Positions 10,033 to 19,647 of a stretch of 64,000 nucleotides of DNA are shown piece after piece; position 1 is the stretch's first letter, and each line of letters begins with the position of its first letter. Location of the stretch: assembly GCA_038207085.1 (NCBI GenBank), contig JBBRAE010000003.1, positions 32,001 through 96,000 on the forward strand, read 5' to 3'. This stretch comes from Armatimonadota bacterium. GTDB taxonomy: Bacteria; Armatimonadota; UBA5829; DTLH01. The position numbers and the translations under genes were made by a program. The notes under the pieces were generated by a model, which saw only the letters and a list, made by a program, of their open reading frames with translations, was not told the DNA's origin and ran no database searches.

Positions 10033-10934
10033 CGGTCGCGATACCCATCTATAACGCCGCCTCGACCCTTGCCGATGCGGTGCGCTCGGTCTTTGCCCAG
10101 AGTTACCAGGACTGGGAGTTGCTCCTGGTAGAGGACGGCTCCCGCGACGACTCCCTTCGTGTCGCCCGTTCCATCCGTGACCCCCGCGTGCGGGTAATCC
10201 ACGACGGAACAAACCGTGGGCTCCAGGCGAGGCTGAACCAGATAGCCCAAGAGGCCCGCGGCGAGTATCTCGCCCGGATGGACGCCGACGACCTGATGGC
10301 CCCCGAGCGCCTTGCCCACCAGGTAAAGCTCCTGGACGCCGTCCCCGAGGTCGATCTGGTAGACACCGGAGCCTACACAATCGACTCGGAGAACGCCCTT
10401 CTTGGCGCCAGAGGAATCACGCAGATCGACCAGCGCCCGGCCTCCGCGCTTCGATACGGCGTGCTATTTCACCCGACTGTGCTCGGGCGAACGGAGTGGT
10501 TCCGAAAGAACCTCTACGACGAACGCTATACCCGCGCCGAGGACTTTGAGCTGTGGCTTCGCACGTGTCAAAACTCGCTATTCGCACGAATCGAGAGCCC
10601 GCTCTACTACTACCGCGAGGAGCACCGCGCCCCGCGTTCATATCTCCGAGCGTATCTGCTCAGCCTAAAGTCCGTTCGGGCGGCGCAGGCGCGCTACGGG
10701 CCGGGGATGGTCGGCAGGCGCAAAACCGCCGAACTCCTCCTTGCCGCCCGCGCCAAAGAAATGATCTACCGAGTCGCAACCACGTTTGGCGTGCAAAGCG
10801 CGCTTGTCGCCGCGCGAAGCAGGCCAATCGACGATCTCGAACTCGCACGAGCCAGGGAAGGGCTGGAGAAAGTGCTCCAAACCCAAATCCCAGGGCTCGA
10901 CAAAACCGTTATGGAGGGCGCAACCCATGACTAA
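10023..10934 (+). CDS. Glycosyltransferase family 2
   Basis: TTG start after GGAGG; VAIPIYNA, VEDGSRD, ARMDADD, AEDFELW. Confidence 0.9.
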   Translation: MRVTVAIPIYNAASTLADAVRSVFAQSYQDWELLLVEDGSRDDSLRVARSIRDPRVRVIHDGTNRGLQARLNQIAQEARGEYLARMDADDLMAPERLAHQVKLLDAVPEVDLVDTGAYTIDSENALLGARGITQIDQRPASALRYGVLFHPTVLGRTEWFRKNLYDERYTRAEDFELWLRTCQNSLFARIESPLYYYREEHRAPRSYLRAYLLSLKSVRAAQARYGPGMVGRRKTAELLLAARAKEMIYRVATTFGVQSALVAARSRPIDDLELARAREGLEKVLQTQIPGLDKTVMEGATHD

Positions 10935-12123
10935 TTCGCCAATAAGGCTCGTTCACCTGACGACCGTTCCCGACTCACTCTGCTTTGTCGCGGGCCAGGT
11001 CGGATATATGAAGTCCCGAGGCATGGAGGTCCACGCCGTTTCCAGCCCGGACGCGGCGCTTGACGACTTCGGGCGCGCGGAAGGGGTAGAGGTCCACGGG
11101 GTTGACATGCCCCGGGCGATCACCCCCGTCCAGGACATTGGCTCGATCCGATCGATCTGCCGAGTATTTCGCGCCGTCCGCCCGCACATCGTCCACTCCC
11201 ACACCCCAAAAGCCGGGCTGCTGGGGACGATCGCGGCGAGGATTTCGGGGGTCCCCGTAAGAATATATCACATCCACGGACTCCCCCTGCTCACCGCGAC
11301 CGGAACCAAGCGCGCCCTGCTGTCGATGAGCGAGCGCACCGCAAGCCGGCTCGCGACCCAAGTCCTCTGCGTCAGCAACTCGGTCCGAGAGGTCGTAGTG
11401 GCCGATGGGCTTTGCCCGAGTGAAAAGGTGAAGGTGCTCCTGTCGGGAAGCATCAACGGGATCGATTCGATCGGAAAGTTCAACCCAAACAACTACCCCG
11501 AGGGCACCCGACGGGAGGTCCGAGCGAAGTTCGGCATCCCCGAGGACGCGGTCGTCGCCGGGTTTGTGGGTCGGATAGTTCGCGACAAGGGAGTGATCGA
11601 ACTCGCTCGCGCCTGGAGAACCCTTCGGCAAGCCCACCCCGAGCTGCACCTCGTCGTCGTAGGCGCTCCCGAGCCCCAGGACCCGGTTCCACCCGAGATC
11701 GAAGATGAGCTTAGAGCCGACCCACGCGTCCACATGCTCGGCCTGCAGTTTGACATGCCCCCAATCTTCCGGGCGATCGACATGCTCGTCCTTCCCACCT
11801 ACCGGGAAGGGTTCCCCTTGGTCCCAATGGAAGCTGCTGCGATGGCGCTTCCGGTCGTCGCGACCCAGGTTCCCGGCTGCTTTGACGCAGTCGAAGACAG
11901 AGTGACAGGGACGCTCGTGCCGCCAAGAGACGCGTCGGCTCTGGCAGAGGCAATCAGCCATTATGTTAACTCGGCAGTTCTTCGAAAAGCCCGCGGAGAG
12001 GCCGGTCGCGCTCGAATGCTGCGAGATTTCCGCCAACAGGATATGTGGGAGGCGGTTTACCAGGAGTATATGCGGCTGCTCAGAGGGATGGTCGCAGAAA
12101 AGAGCCCGGCAAGAGCATATTAG
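10927..12123 (+). CDS. Glycosyltransferase family 4 (CapM/PglA-like)
   Basis: HSHTPKAGLLG, FVGRIVRDKG, LPTYREGFPLVPMEAAAM. Confidence 0.9.
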   Translation: MTNSPIRLVHLTTVPDSLCFVAGQVGYMKSRGMEVHAVSSPDAALDDFGRAEGVEVHGVDMPRAITPVQDIGSIRSICRVFRAVRPHIVHSHTPKAGLLGTIAARISGVPVRIYHIHGLPLLTATGTKRALLSMSERTASRLATQVLCVSNSVREVVVADGLCPSEKVKVLLSGSINGIDSIGKFNPNNYPEGTRREVRAKFGIPEDAVVAGFVGRIVRDKGVIELARAWRTLRQAHPELHLVVVGAPEPQDPVPPEIEDELRADPRVHMLGLQFDMPPIFRAIDMLVLPTYREGFPLVPMEAAAMALPVVATQVPGCFDAVEDRVTGTLVPPRDASALAEAISHYVNSAVLRKARGEAGRARMLRDFRQQDMWEAVYQEYMRLLRGMVAEKSPARAY

Positions 12124-12183
12124 CATGAAATATGACAAATTCCACTGCTTGCGCGCCGCGTTCCGTGCAGAAATAGGTGTTAT

Positions 12184-12828
12184 ATGATCAAGCGACTATT
12201 TGACATAATGTTCAGCCTGACATTGCTTATGTTGCTTTCGCCGCTCATTGCTGCGACGGCCCTCGTCGTCGCCTACTCGATGGGCCGCCCCGTGATATTC
12301 ACCCAGCCGCGCGCCGGGTACCGATGCCAACACTTCACGCTCTACAAATTCCGATCGATGAAAAACGCCAACGGCCCCGACGGCACCCCCCTGCCCGACG
12401 CCGTGCGACTCACCAAAATGGGCCTGCTCTTGAGAAAACTCAGCTTGGACGAACTGCCTCAGCTCCTCAACGTGCTGAGGGGCGACATGAGCTTCGTCGG
12501 ACCAAGGCCACTCCTCGTAGAATACGTCCCGCTCTACACCCCCGAACAGAACGCCCGACACGACATTCACCCCGGCATCACGGGCTGGGCGCAGGTCAAC
12601 GGCCGCCACTCGACGCCCTTTATAAAGCGTCTTGAAATGGACGTATATTACGTCAATCACCACAGCCTCCTCCTCGACCTCAAGATTATGTTTCTCACAA
12701 TCCCAAGCGTTCTCGGCCTTCAGGGAGTGATCGAAGGCCCCAACATCGGCACCGGCGAAGAGCTCGGACTAAACGCCATGGCCGCCCTGAAAAAGCAGCG
12801 GAAAGAGTCTACTAACCTGGGCAGTTAA
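12184..12828 (+). CDS. Undecaprenyl-phosphate sugar phosphotransferase (PglC/EpsL-like small monotopic PGT)
   Basis: IKRLFD, FTLYKFRSM, LRKLSLDELPQL, GDMSFVGPRP, PGITGWAQVNGR. Confidence 0.92.
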   Translation: MIKRLFDIMFSLTLLMLLSPLIAATALVVAYSMGRPVIFTQPRAGYRCQHFTLYKFRSMKNANGPDGTPLPDAVRLTKMGLLLRKLSLDELPQLLNVLRGDMSFVGPRPLLVEYVPLYTPEQNARHDIHPGITGWAQVNGRHSTPFIKRLEMDVYYVNHHSLLLDLKIMFLTIPSVLGLQGVIEGPNIGTGEELGLNAMAALKKQRKESTNLGS

Positions 12829-12914
12829 TGACTGTTTTGCTACAACCTCAGGTTTAAATATTTAACTCTTGTGGAACATTCTCCCAGAACGCAAGATCAC
12901 CACAGGAGCAAGCA

Positions 12915-14039
12915 ATGACTGAACCACTAAGCCGATGGGAGAACGGATCTTTCTTCCAATGGGTACAAAACCATCCGCCGTCAAGCGCCCGGTCCCCCTG
13001 GGACAAGGAGCGCGTGATGTACGGATCGGGCCGAGACGCCATCCGGGCGCTCGTGAACCTCGGACGCGCAGAGCGTGGCTGGAGGCGGATGTGGGTCCCC
13101 TCGTATTTCTGCCAGTGCGTCGTAGAGTCGATCGCCCACACCGGCCTTGATGCTCTGCTCTACACCGACGGGCCGGAGGACACCTTCTGCGACTCAAGCG
13201 ACATAGACGCACGCCCCGGCGACGTCGTCCTGCGGATGAACTATTTCGGGCTTAGAACCATGCCCCAGTCCTGCCGCGCCAAGTCTCCCGGAGTCGAGAT
13301 CATAGACGACCACTCCCATGACCCGTGGTCTGAGTGGGCGTGGAAAAGCGACGCCGACTGGTGCATCGCATCGCTTAGAAAGAGCCTGCCTATCCCTGAC
13401 GGAGGCGTGCTCTGGTCGCCGAAAGCCCACGAGCTTCCTCCTGCGATCCCCGCGACTCCCGAGCACGAGGTCGCGAGCCTCAGGAAGTTTGCGGCGATGG
13501 CGCTTAAAGATATGTATCTTTCGGGCCACCACATCGAGAAGCAGACGTTCCGAGAGCTTGCCGAGTCGGGCGAATCCGGGATAGTCGGTGAGAGAATCTC
13601 GGGGATGCCGTCCTGGGTCACTGAGCTTGTGGAGCAGTTCCCGGTCGACGACTGGAGAAGCATCAGAAAAGCCAATCACCAGACGCTTTCCCGCCTACTG
13701 GTCGACGTGCCCGGGATTCGGGTGCTTCAGCCCATCTCCAGCACGCGCACGTGCCCCTTTGCGGGGATCATCGAGTGCGATTCCGATCTGCTTCGCGACC
13801 ACATCCGAGACGAGCTTGCCCGCAGGCAGGTCTACGCGACGATACTTTGGCCCATGGACGAGCCGGCCCTTCCGGGGATTCCCTCGCAGCACCTGCGTTT
13901 CAGCAGGTCGATGATGACCATTCACTGCGACATGCGCTACACCGAGCGCGACATGCGCACGATCGCCGGGTTCATCCGTGAACTCGCGACCAACGCGCCC
14001 TCGGTGTCCACCTCACCATCGCTAACCATCGGAGGATGA
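12915..14039 (+). CDS. Divergent PLP-dependent (DegT-like fold) protein
   Basis: SGRDAI, VPSYFC, MNYFG, IIDDHSH, ASLRKS (putative PLP lysine), and a C-terminal IHCDMRY typical of degenerate DegT-like proteins in polysaccharide loci. Confidence 0.6.
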   Translation: MTEPLSRWENGSFFQWVQNHPPSSARSPWDKERVMYGSGRDAIRALVNLGRAERGWRRMWVPSYFCQCVVESIAHTGLDALLYTDGPEDTFCDSSDIDARPGDVVLRMNYFGLRTMPQSCRAKSPGVEIIDDHSHDPWSEWAWKSDADWCIASLRKSLPIPDGGVLWSPKAHELPPAIPATPEHEVASLRKFAAMALKDMYLSGHHIEKQTFRELAESGESGIVGERISGMPSWVTELVEQFPVDDWRSIRKANHQTLSRLLVDVPGIRVLQPISSTRTCPFAGIIECDSDLLRDHIRDELARRQVYATILWPMDEPALPGIPSQHLRFSRSMMTIHCDMRYTERDMRTIAGFIRELATNAPSVSTSPSLTIGG

Positions 14040-15133
14040 GACTGTTGTCCAACTTGCAACGAATAGAGATTCTGACCACAAGAGACAAAGAGGCTTGGAG
14101 AGCGGCTCTAGACGAGATCGGCACTTACAGCTTCTACCATATGCCCGAGTTTCACCGCCTTGCGGAGATCCGCGGCGAAGGCGAGGGCATTATGCCCGTT
14201 TACCGGGAAGACGGCTTCATAGCGGCCTTTCCCATGCTGCTCAGGGACATTCAAATCCATGGGCAGTCGACCGGTATGCGCGACGCGACCTCGGTTGCCG
14301 GGTTTGCAGGCCCGATAGCGTCAATGGCCGAGCCTCCCAAGGACATCGTCAGGCGCGTACAGAGCGCCCTGCACGAGTTCCTACACGAAACAGGTGTCGT
14401 GAGCGTGTTCAGCCGGATGAACCCCGTAGCAAGCCGCCCACGCCTGTTAGATGGCATGGGAGTCTGTGTGGAGAGGGGCAACTCTCTTGTAATAGACCTG
14501 ACCGCACCGCTCGATGTCCAGCTCGCCCGCTACAAGTCCGAGCGACGCAAGAAACTTCGTCGGCTAGAAGAGACCGATCTGACCATAGACTTCGGGGGAA
14601 TGGAGCACATCGACGACTTTGTGCGCATCTTCAGCCAGACCATGGACCGCACCAGCGCCGATCACTCCTACCGGTTCGACCGCTTCTACATAGAGTATCT
14701 GCTTCGGGAGATGCCGGACGTGATGCATATCGGAGTCTGCAAGCTCGACGGAGAAGTCATAAGCGTAGTGCTCGACGGCTTCTGCGGCGGGATTGTGGAG
14801 GGGTATATCGGTGGCACGAGCACGGAGCACCGCCAGATGTCTCCCTCTACCATCCTCTACGACCGCATCCGCGTCTGGGGAACCTCAATCGGCGCGAAGT
14901 CACTGCACGTCGGCGGCGGTGTCGGGGGCCTGAAAGACACAGTTTACTCCTACAAGCTCTCATTCGGTGCAAACGAAATGCCCTACTACACCTGGAGATA
15001 TGTGGTCGATCAGCCCGCCTACGACAAGCTCTGCCGGGAAGCAGGCGGCACGCCAACCGATGACATTCACTCGGAGTATTTCCCAAATTACCGGGACCCC
15101 GAGCTTGGAGCAAGAGAAACGGTGGGGGTGTAA
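14036..15133 (+). CDS. FemAB-like/GNAT (amino)acyltransferase, paralogue 1
   Basis: YSFYHMPEFH, DATSVAGFAGP, YRFDRFY, LHVGGG, YKLSFG, YFPNYR. Confidence 0.8.
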   Translation: MRLLSNLQRIEILTTRDKEAWRAALDEIGTYSFYHMPEFHRLAEIRGEGEGIMPVYREDGFIAAFPMLLRDIQIHGQSTGMRDATSVAGFAGPIASMAEPPKDIVRRVQSALHEFLHETGVVSVFSRMNPVASRPRLLDGMGVCVERGNSLVIDLTAPLDVQLARYKSERRKKLRRLEETDLTIDFGGMEHIDDFVRIFSQTMDRTSADHSYRFDRFYIEYLLREMPDVMHIGVCKLDGEVISVVLDGFCGGIVEGYIGGTSTEHRQMSPSTILYDRIRVWGTSIGAKSLHVGGGVGGLKDTVYSYKLSFGANEMPYYTWRYVVDQPAYDKLCREAGGTPTDDIHSEYFPNYRDPELGARETVGV

Positions 15134-15137
15134 CCAA

Positions 15138-16229
15138 TTGTCGCAAGCATCTTTTGAACTGCTGTCAACTGCAGAGTCGGGGCGCTGGAGGGAGACGCTC
15201 GAAGAGATCGGGGAGTATGACATTTATCACCTCCCCGAGTTCCATCGTCTGCCCGAAATGCGAGGGGAAGGCGAGGCGCTGCTGCTTGTCTACCGCGAAG
15301 GTGGCCGAGTCGCCGCGCTTCCCGTCATCATGCGCGACATAAAGCTTCCGCGTGATCTCGGAGCCCCCGTGCTCCGAGATGTGACAAGCGTCGGCGGCTT
15401 CGCAGGCCCGCTCGTCTCACCCAAAAGTGACGTCACAGAAATACGAGAAGGCTTCCAGCACGCTTTGAACGAGTTTTTCGCCGAGGCCGGTGTCATCACA
15501 GCGTATCACCGTCTGAACCCGATCATCGGCAACTTCGACCTGTTTGAAGGGCTCGGCGAGACTGTCATCCTCGGTATCACCGTGGCCGTGGACCTTTCGT
15601 ACTCGCCCGAGGAGCAGCTTAGTCGCTACAATCACGGGCACCTGGATGCGGTAAAACGACTGAAGAACCGCGGCGCCACATGCGAGCGGGTCGGGCCGGA
15701 GTATCTCGACGACTTCACCCAAGTCTATCACGAGACGATGACCAGAGCCGGCGCGCAGCCCGAGTACTTCTTCAAGCGGGACTACTTCGAATATTTACTT
15801 AACTCGATGCCCGGCGTGACCCAGCTTTTCATCTGCAACTACGACGGCAAAGTCATAAGCGCCGGAATCTTCTCAAAGACCGCAAATATAGTCGAGGGGA
15901 TGTACGCAGGAGGCCTGACGGAATACCTAAAGCTATCCCCGATCAAGATCTTAAACGATGCCGTTCGCGAGTGGGCAAACGAGCTTGGAGCAAAGTGGTT
16001 TCACATCGGCGGAAACGGAAGCGGCGCTCGGGACTCGCAGCACATATTCAGAAAGGGCTTCGGAGGCACGGAGCTGCCTTACGCTACATGGAGATACATC
16101 GCAGACTGCGGAGTCTACGGCGAACTCTGTGCGGAGCTTCGCCGCCGAGCAGGTGTGGACTCACCGGGAGGTTTCTTCCCCGAGTACCGCGACCCGTCCC
16201 TTGCACCCGTGCGGGAGGCTGTAAAGTAG
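15138..16229 (+). CDS. FemAB-like/GNAT (amino)acyltransferase, paralogue 2
   Basis: In-frame TTG just after the upstream stop; YDIYHLPEFH, DVTSVGGFAGP, YFFKRDYF, FHIGG, FFPEYR. Confidence 0.8.
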   Translation: MSQASFELLSTAESGRWRETLEEIGEYDIYHLPEFHRLPEMRGEGEALLLVYREGGRVAALPVIMRDIKLPRDLGAPVLRDVTSVGGFAGPLVSPKSDVTEIREGFQHALNEFFAEAGVITAYHRLNPIIGNFDLFEGLGETVILGITVAVDLSYSPEEQLSRYNHGHLDAVKRLKNRGATCERVGPEYLDDFTQVYHETMTRAGAQPEYFFKRDYFEYLLNSMPGVTQLFICNYDGKVISAGIFSKTANIVEGMYAGGLTEYLKLSPIKILNDAVREWANELGAKWFHIGGNGSGARDSQHIFRKGFGGTELPYATWRYIADCGVYGELCAELRRRAGVDSPGGFFPEYRDPSLAPVREAVK

Positions 16230-17356
16230 TGTCATTTATTGCAAATCGCGATATTGAAATACTGACTACACACGACGCGGAGCGCTGGAGCGAAACGCTC
16301 GAGCGAATCGGCGCGTACGACTTCTATCACCTGCCGCAGATACATCGTCTTGCCGAAATCGAGCGCGAGGGAGAAGCGGTGATGCCAGTCTACCGGGAAG
16401 GCGGCCACATCATCGCGTTCCCGATGCTCCTTCGCCGAATCGAAGGCTTTCCAGCGTTCGAGGGGCTGATGGACGTCTCCTCGATCTACGGCTACGCCGG
16501 TCCGCTTGCAACACCGGGGCTTCCGGCAGAAGTGCGGGACAGGTTCATCGCCGCCCTCGATGAGTTCTTCAGAGCAAGCCGAATCGTCACAGCCTTCTCC
16601 AGGCTCCACCCGATGATCGGCCAGACAGCCATGCTCACAGGTTACGGTGAAATCTCGGAGGTCGGCACGACAATATCGATCGATCTCACCAAATCCCCCG
16701 AGGAGCAGGTCGCGGGCTACCGAAAGAGCCACCGCTACGAAATCGGCAGGTTACGCAACCAGGGGTTCACCTGCAGACAGGCAGGGCCCGAGGCGCTTTC
16801 TGACTTCATCGACATCTACCACGAGTCCATGCGCGAAGTCGGGGCCGACCCCTACTACTTCTTCGAGAGAAGCTACTTCGAGTATCTTATGCGCGAACTC
16901 AGAGGGGTCATGACCCTTTTTGTCTGTGAGTTTGAAGGCCGCCCCGCGTGCGCCGCGATGTTTGCCAAGTGCGCCTCAATCGTGCAGTACCACCTCGCAG
17001 GCACACGCTCGGAGTTTAGAAAACTTGCGCCGATGAAGCTCCTGCTCGACACCGCGCGCGAGTGGGCGAACACGACCGGTGCAAGCGTGATGCACCTCGG
17101 AGGCGGCGTCGGAGCAAAGCAGGACTCGCTCTATGCCTTCAAACGGGGCTTCAGCGACCGGGAGCACACTTTCTCGGTCTGGAAACACGTCACCGCCCCG
17201 GAACTATACCGCGAACTATCCAGGGAGGCCGCCGCAGTGTCGGGAATGGAGCCCGAAAGCCCTTATTTCCCGTACTACCGGCACCCCGTTTTCGAACAAA
17301 TAGAACCAGAACTCGCCGACGCAATGATCGTTGGCGCAGAGGAGGAACGTTTGTGA
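16229..17356 (+). CDS. FemAB-like/GNAT (amino)acyltransferase, paralogue 3 (closest to the family consensus)
   Basis: GTG overlaps the upstream TAG and follows GGAGG; SIYGYAGP, FSRLHP, QYHLAG, MHLGGG, DSLYAFKRGF, YFPYYR. Confidence 0.82.
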   Translation: MSFIANRDIEILTTHDAERWSETLERIGAYDFYHLPQIHRLAEIEREGEAVMPVYREGGHIIAFPMLLRRIEGFPAFEGLMDVSSIYGYAGPLATPGLPAEVRDRFIAALDEFFRASRIVTAFSRLHPMIGQTAMLTGYGEISEVGTTISIDLTKSPEEQVAGYRKSHRYEIGRLRNQGFTCRQAGPEALSDFIDIYHESMREVGADPYYFFERSYFEYLMRELRGVMTLFVCEFEGRPACAAMFAKCASIVQYHLAGTRSEFRKLAPMKLLLDTAREWANTTGASVMHLGGGVGAKQDSLYAFKRGFSDREHTFSVWKHVTAPELYRELSREAAAVSGMEPESPYFPYYRHPVFEQIEPELADAMIVGAEEERL

Positions 17357-18501
17357 CAACTGCGATTCTTTCAACAGAATATTGCCCCATCATCTGCCCC
17401 ACCCTGCCCGATCCCGAGGAGATGCTTGGGGTTATAGAGAAAGCCTTCGGCTCCGGCAGAGTGACCGTAGGCGAGCAGGTAGCCGCGCTTGAGGATGAAG
17501 TCTCGGCGCGAGTCGACGTGCGAAACACCATCGCCGTCTCGTCAGGGACAAGCGGGCTTATGCTGCTCATCCGCGCGCTCGGGCTCCCCGAGGGGAGCGA
17601 GGTCATCACCCCGAGCTTCACCTTCGCCGCGACAAGCCACGCGCTTCTTTGGAACGGGCTTCGCCCCGTCTTCTGCGACAGCGACCCGCAGACCTTTACG
17701 ATGGATCCCGCCTGCGCGAGAAGTCTCATAACCGAGCGCACGTCGGCGATATATCCCGTCTGCGTCTTTGGCGTCCCAGGCGATATCGCGGCCTACCAAA
17801 CGATCGCCCAAAACTACGGGCTCGCGCTCATTTTCGACAGCGCACAGGGCATAGGGAGCACCTACCGTAGACGAGCAGTCGGAAGCTTCGGCGTGGGCGA
17901 GGTCTTCAGCCTGAGCCCGACCAAAGTAGTGACCGGCCTCGAAGGCGGGCTCGTCACAACCAATGACGATCAGCTCGCAACCCAGATACGCTACATGCGC
18001 GACTACGGCAAAGCCCCCGACGGCGAGGACATGAACTGGCTCGGGCTTTCAGCGCGAATGACCGAACTAAACGCAGCCGTCGCCCGCTGGAGCCTTGCGA
18101 GGCTTGACACCTGGGTTGCAAACCGCACAGAGATCTGTGACCGCTACCTTGAGCGACTCGGCCACCTTCCCGGCGTCAGCTTTCAGGCGATCCCGACCGA
18201 CCGGCACTCGTCGCGCAACTACATGGTAGTCCTGCTCGACCCCGCAGAGTCGCCGATCACCCGCGACGAGCTCTACCGGGCCCTAAAAAACGACGGCATC
18301 CAGACCAAGCGCTATTTCTACCCCGCGCTTCACAACCAGACGCTTTACCAGAGCGTCACGGACGGCCGCAAGCTGCCTATAGCCCAAGCGATAAGCGAGC
18401 GGAGCATCGCAGTGCCGATGTACTCGCACATGCCACTTGAGACGGTCGAGGCTATCTGCGACCGCATCGTCGCGCACTTTGAGCAGGTGGACGCACTATG
18501 A
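17353..18501 (+). CDS. DegT/DnrJ/EryC1/StrS family sugar aminotransferase
   Basis: GTG at a GTGA overlap; VSSGTSGL, TPSFTFAAT, IFDSAQG, FSLSPTKVVTGLEGG. Confidence 0.92.
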   Translation: MTTAILSTEYCPIICPTLPDPEEMLGVIEKAFGSGRVTVGEQVAALEDEVSARVDVRNTIAVSSGTSGLMLLIRALGLPEGSEVITPSFTFAATSHALLWNGLRPVFCDSDPQTFTMDPACARSLITERTSAIYPVCVFGVPGDIAAYQTIAQNYGLALIFDSAQGIGSTYRRRAVGSFGVGEVFSLSPTKVVTGLEGGLVTTNDDQLATQIRYMRDYGKAPDGEDMNWLGLSARMTELNAAVARWSLARLDTWVANRTEICDRYLERLGHLPGVSFQAIPTDRHSSRNYMVVLLDPAESPITRDELYRALKNDGIQTKRYFYPALHNQTLYQSVTDGRKLPIAQAISERSIAVPMYSHMPLETVEAICDRIVAHFEQVDAL

Positions 18502-19631
18502 GAAGCATTTTCACACTAATAATGATCGCACTTGCCACACTGCCCGCGCTTGCCGCCGATACGCCGGTCTACCAGGTCGGCCCCGAGGATGTGATCGGCG
18601 TAGTAGTCGCGCGTCACCCCGAGTTCTCCGGCGACTACACCATCCCCGTCGACGGCACGCTGACGCTTCCCGGCGCGGGACGAATCACCGCGGCAGGCAA
18701 GACACTTGCCGAAATCTCAGGCGAGGTCACCGACCGCTTGAGCGAACGAATCAAGGCCCCCGAGGTCACGGTATCGCTTCGCACAGCCCGAATGCAGCGG
18801 GTTTACGTGCTCGGCGCGGTGCACACCTCTGGGCTCTACGACCTGAAACCCGGCTGGAGAATCACCGAAGCGCTCGCCGCAGCGGGTGGAATCGCGGGCG
18901 GCATCGAGACGTCCGATTGCTCGGCATGTATCCTGCGGGCATCGACCGGCAAGCGCGAGACCTACCGCCTCGCCGATATCCTGCGCGGCCAGTCGAGCGC
19001 CGACACGCTTCTTCAGACCGGCGACGTAGTCACGATCGACGCCGACGAAACAGTGCCCGTATACGTCACCGGCAGGGTGAAAAACCCCGGCATCTACAGG
19101 CTCCGAAAAGACAGCGCGGGAGTGGTCGAAGCGATTACGCTCGCCGGTGGAGCCCTTGAAGACGCGGCCCTTGGCAAAGTCACAGTGGCCCACATCGACG
19201 GCAAGAACGAGACCGTCAACGCGGCGGGAGCGATCCTCGACGGAGGCCCCGCGCCCAAGGTCGAGATCAAAGCCGCGGACATGATCACCGTTCCGGCTGA
19301 GACCTCCCGCATCGCCGTCCTGGGAAACGTGAGTCAGCCCGGCTTCTTCCCGATCAGAGAGAACCAGAAGCTGACCCTCACCGACGCAATCGGACTCGCC
19401 CGTGGCGCAGACCCCCGCACAGGGAAACTGAGCGAAATCGCCGTCGTGCGCACGGATAACGGCAAACAGCAGAGGCTCGTCTTTGACCTCAGCAAGTTCC
19501 TGAAGACCGGGGACGCAAGTCAGAACCCTGAGCTCAAAGCCGGAGACGTGATCTTCGTGCCGAGGTCCAACAAGATCAACTGGGACTCGATCATGGGCTC
19601 GTTGCCGCTGGTCGGACTGTTTACAAACTGA
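18498..19631 (+). CDS. Polysaccharide export protein (Wza-like, Poly_export plus SLBB repeats)
   Basis: Signal peptide; YQVGPEDVI, VDGTLTLPGAG; repeated VYVxGxV..PG...AIxLAGG. Confidence 0.88.
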   Translation: MRSIFTLIMIALATLPALAADTPVYQVGPEDVIGVVVARHPEFSGDYTIPVDGTLTLPGAGRITAAGKTLAEISGEVTDRLSERIKAPEVTVSLRTARMQRVYVLGAVHTSGLYDLKPGWRITEALAAAGGIAGGIETSDCSACILRASTGKRETYRLADILRGQSSADTLLQTGDVVTIDADETVPVYVTGRVKNPGIYRLRKDSAGVVEAITLAGGALEDAALGKVTVAHIDGKNETVNAAGAILDGGPAPKVEIKAADMITVPAETSRIAVLGNVSQPGFFPIRENQKLTLTDAIGLARGADPRTGKLSEIAVVRTDNGKQQRLVFDLSKFLKTGDASQNPELKAGDVIFVPRSNKINWDSIMGSLPLVGLFTN

Positions 19632-19647
19632 AAGGGCGCCTACGCAG

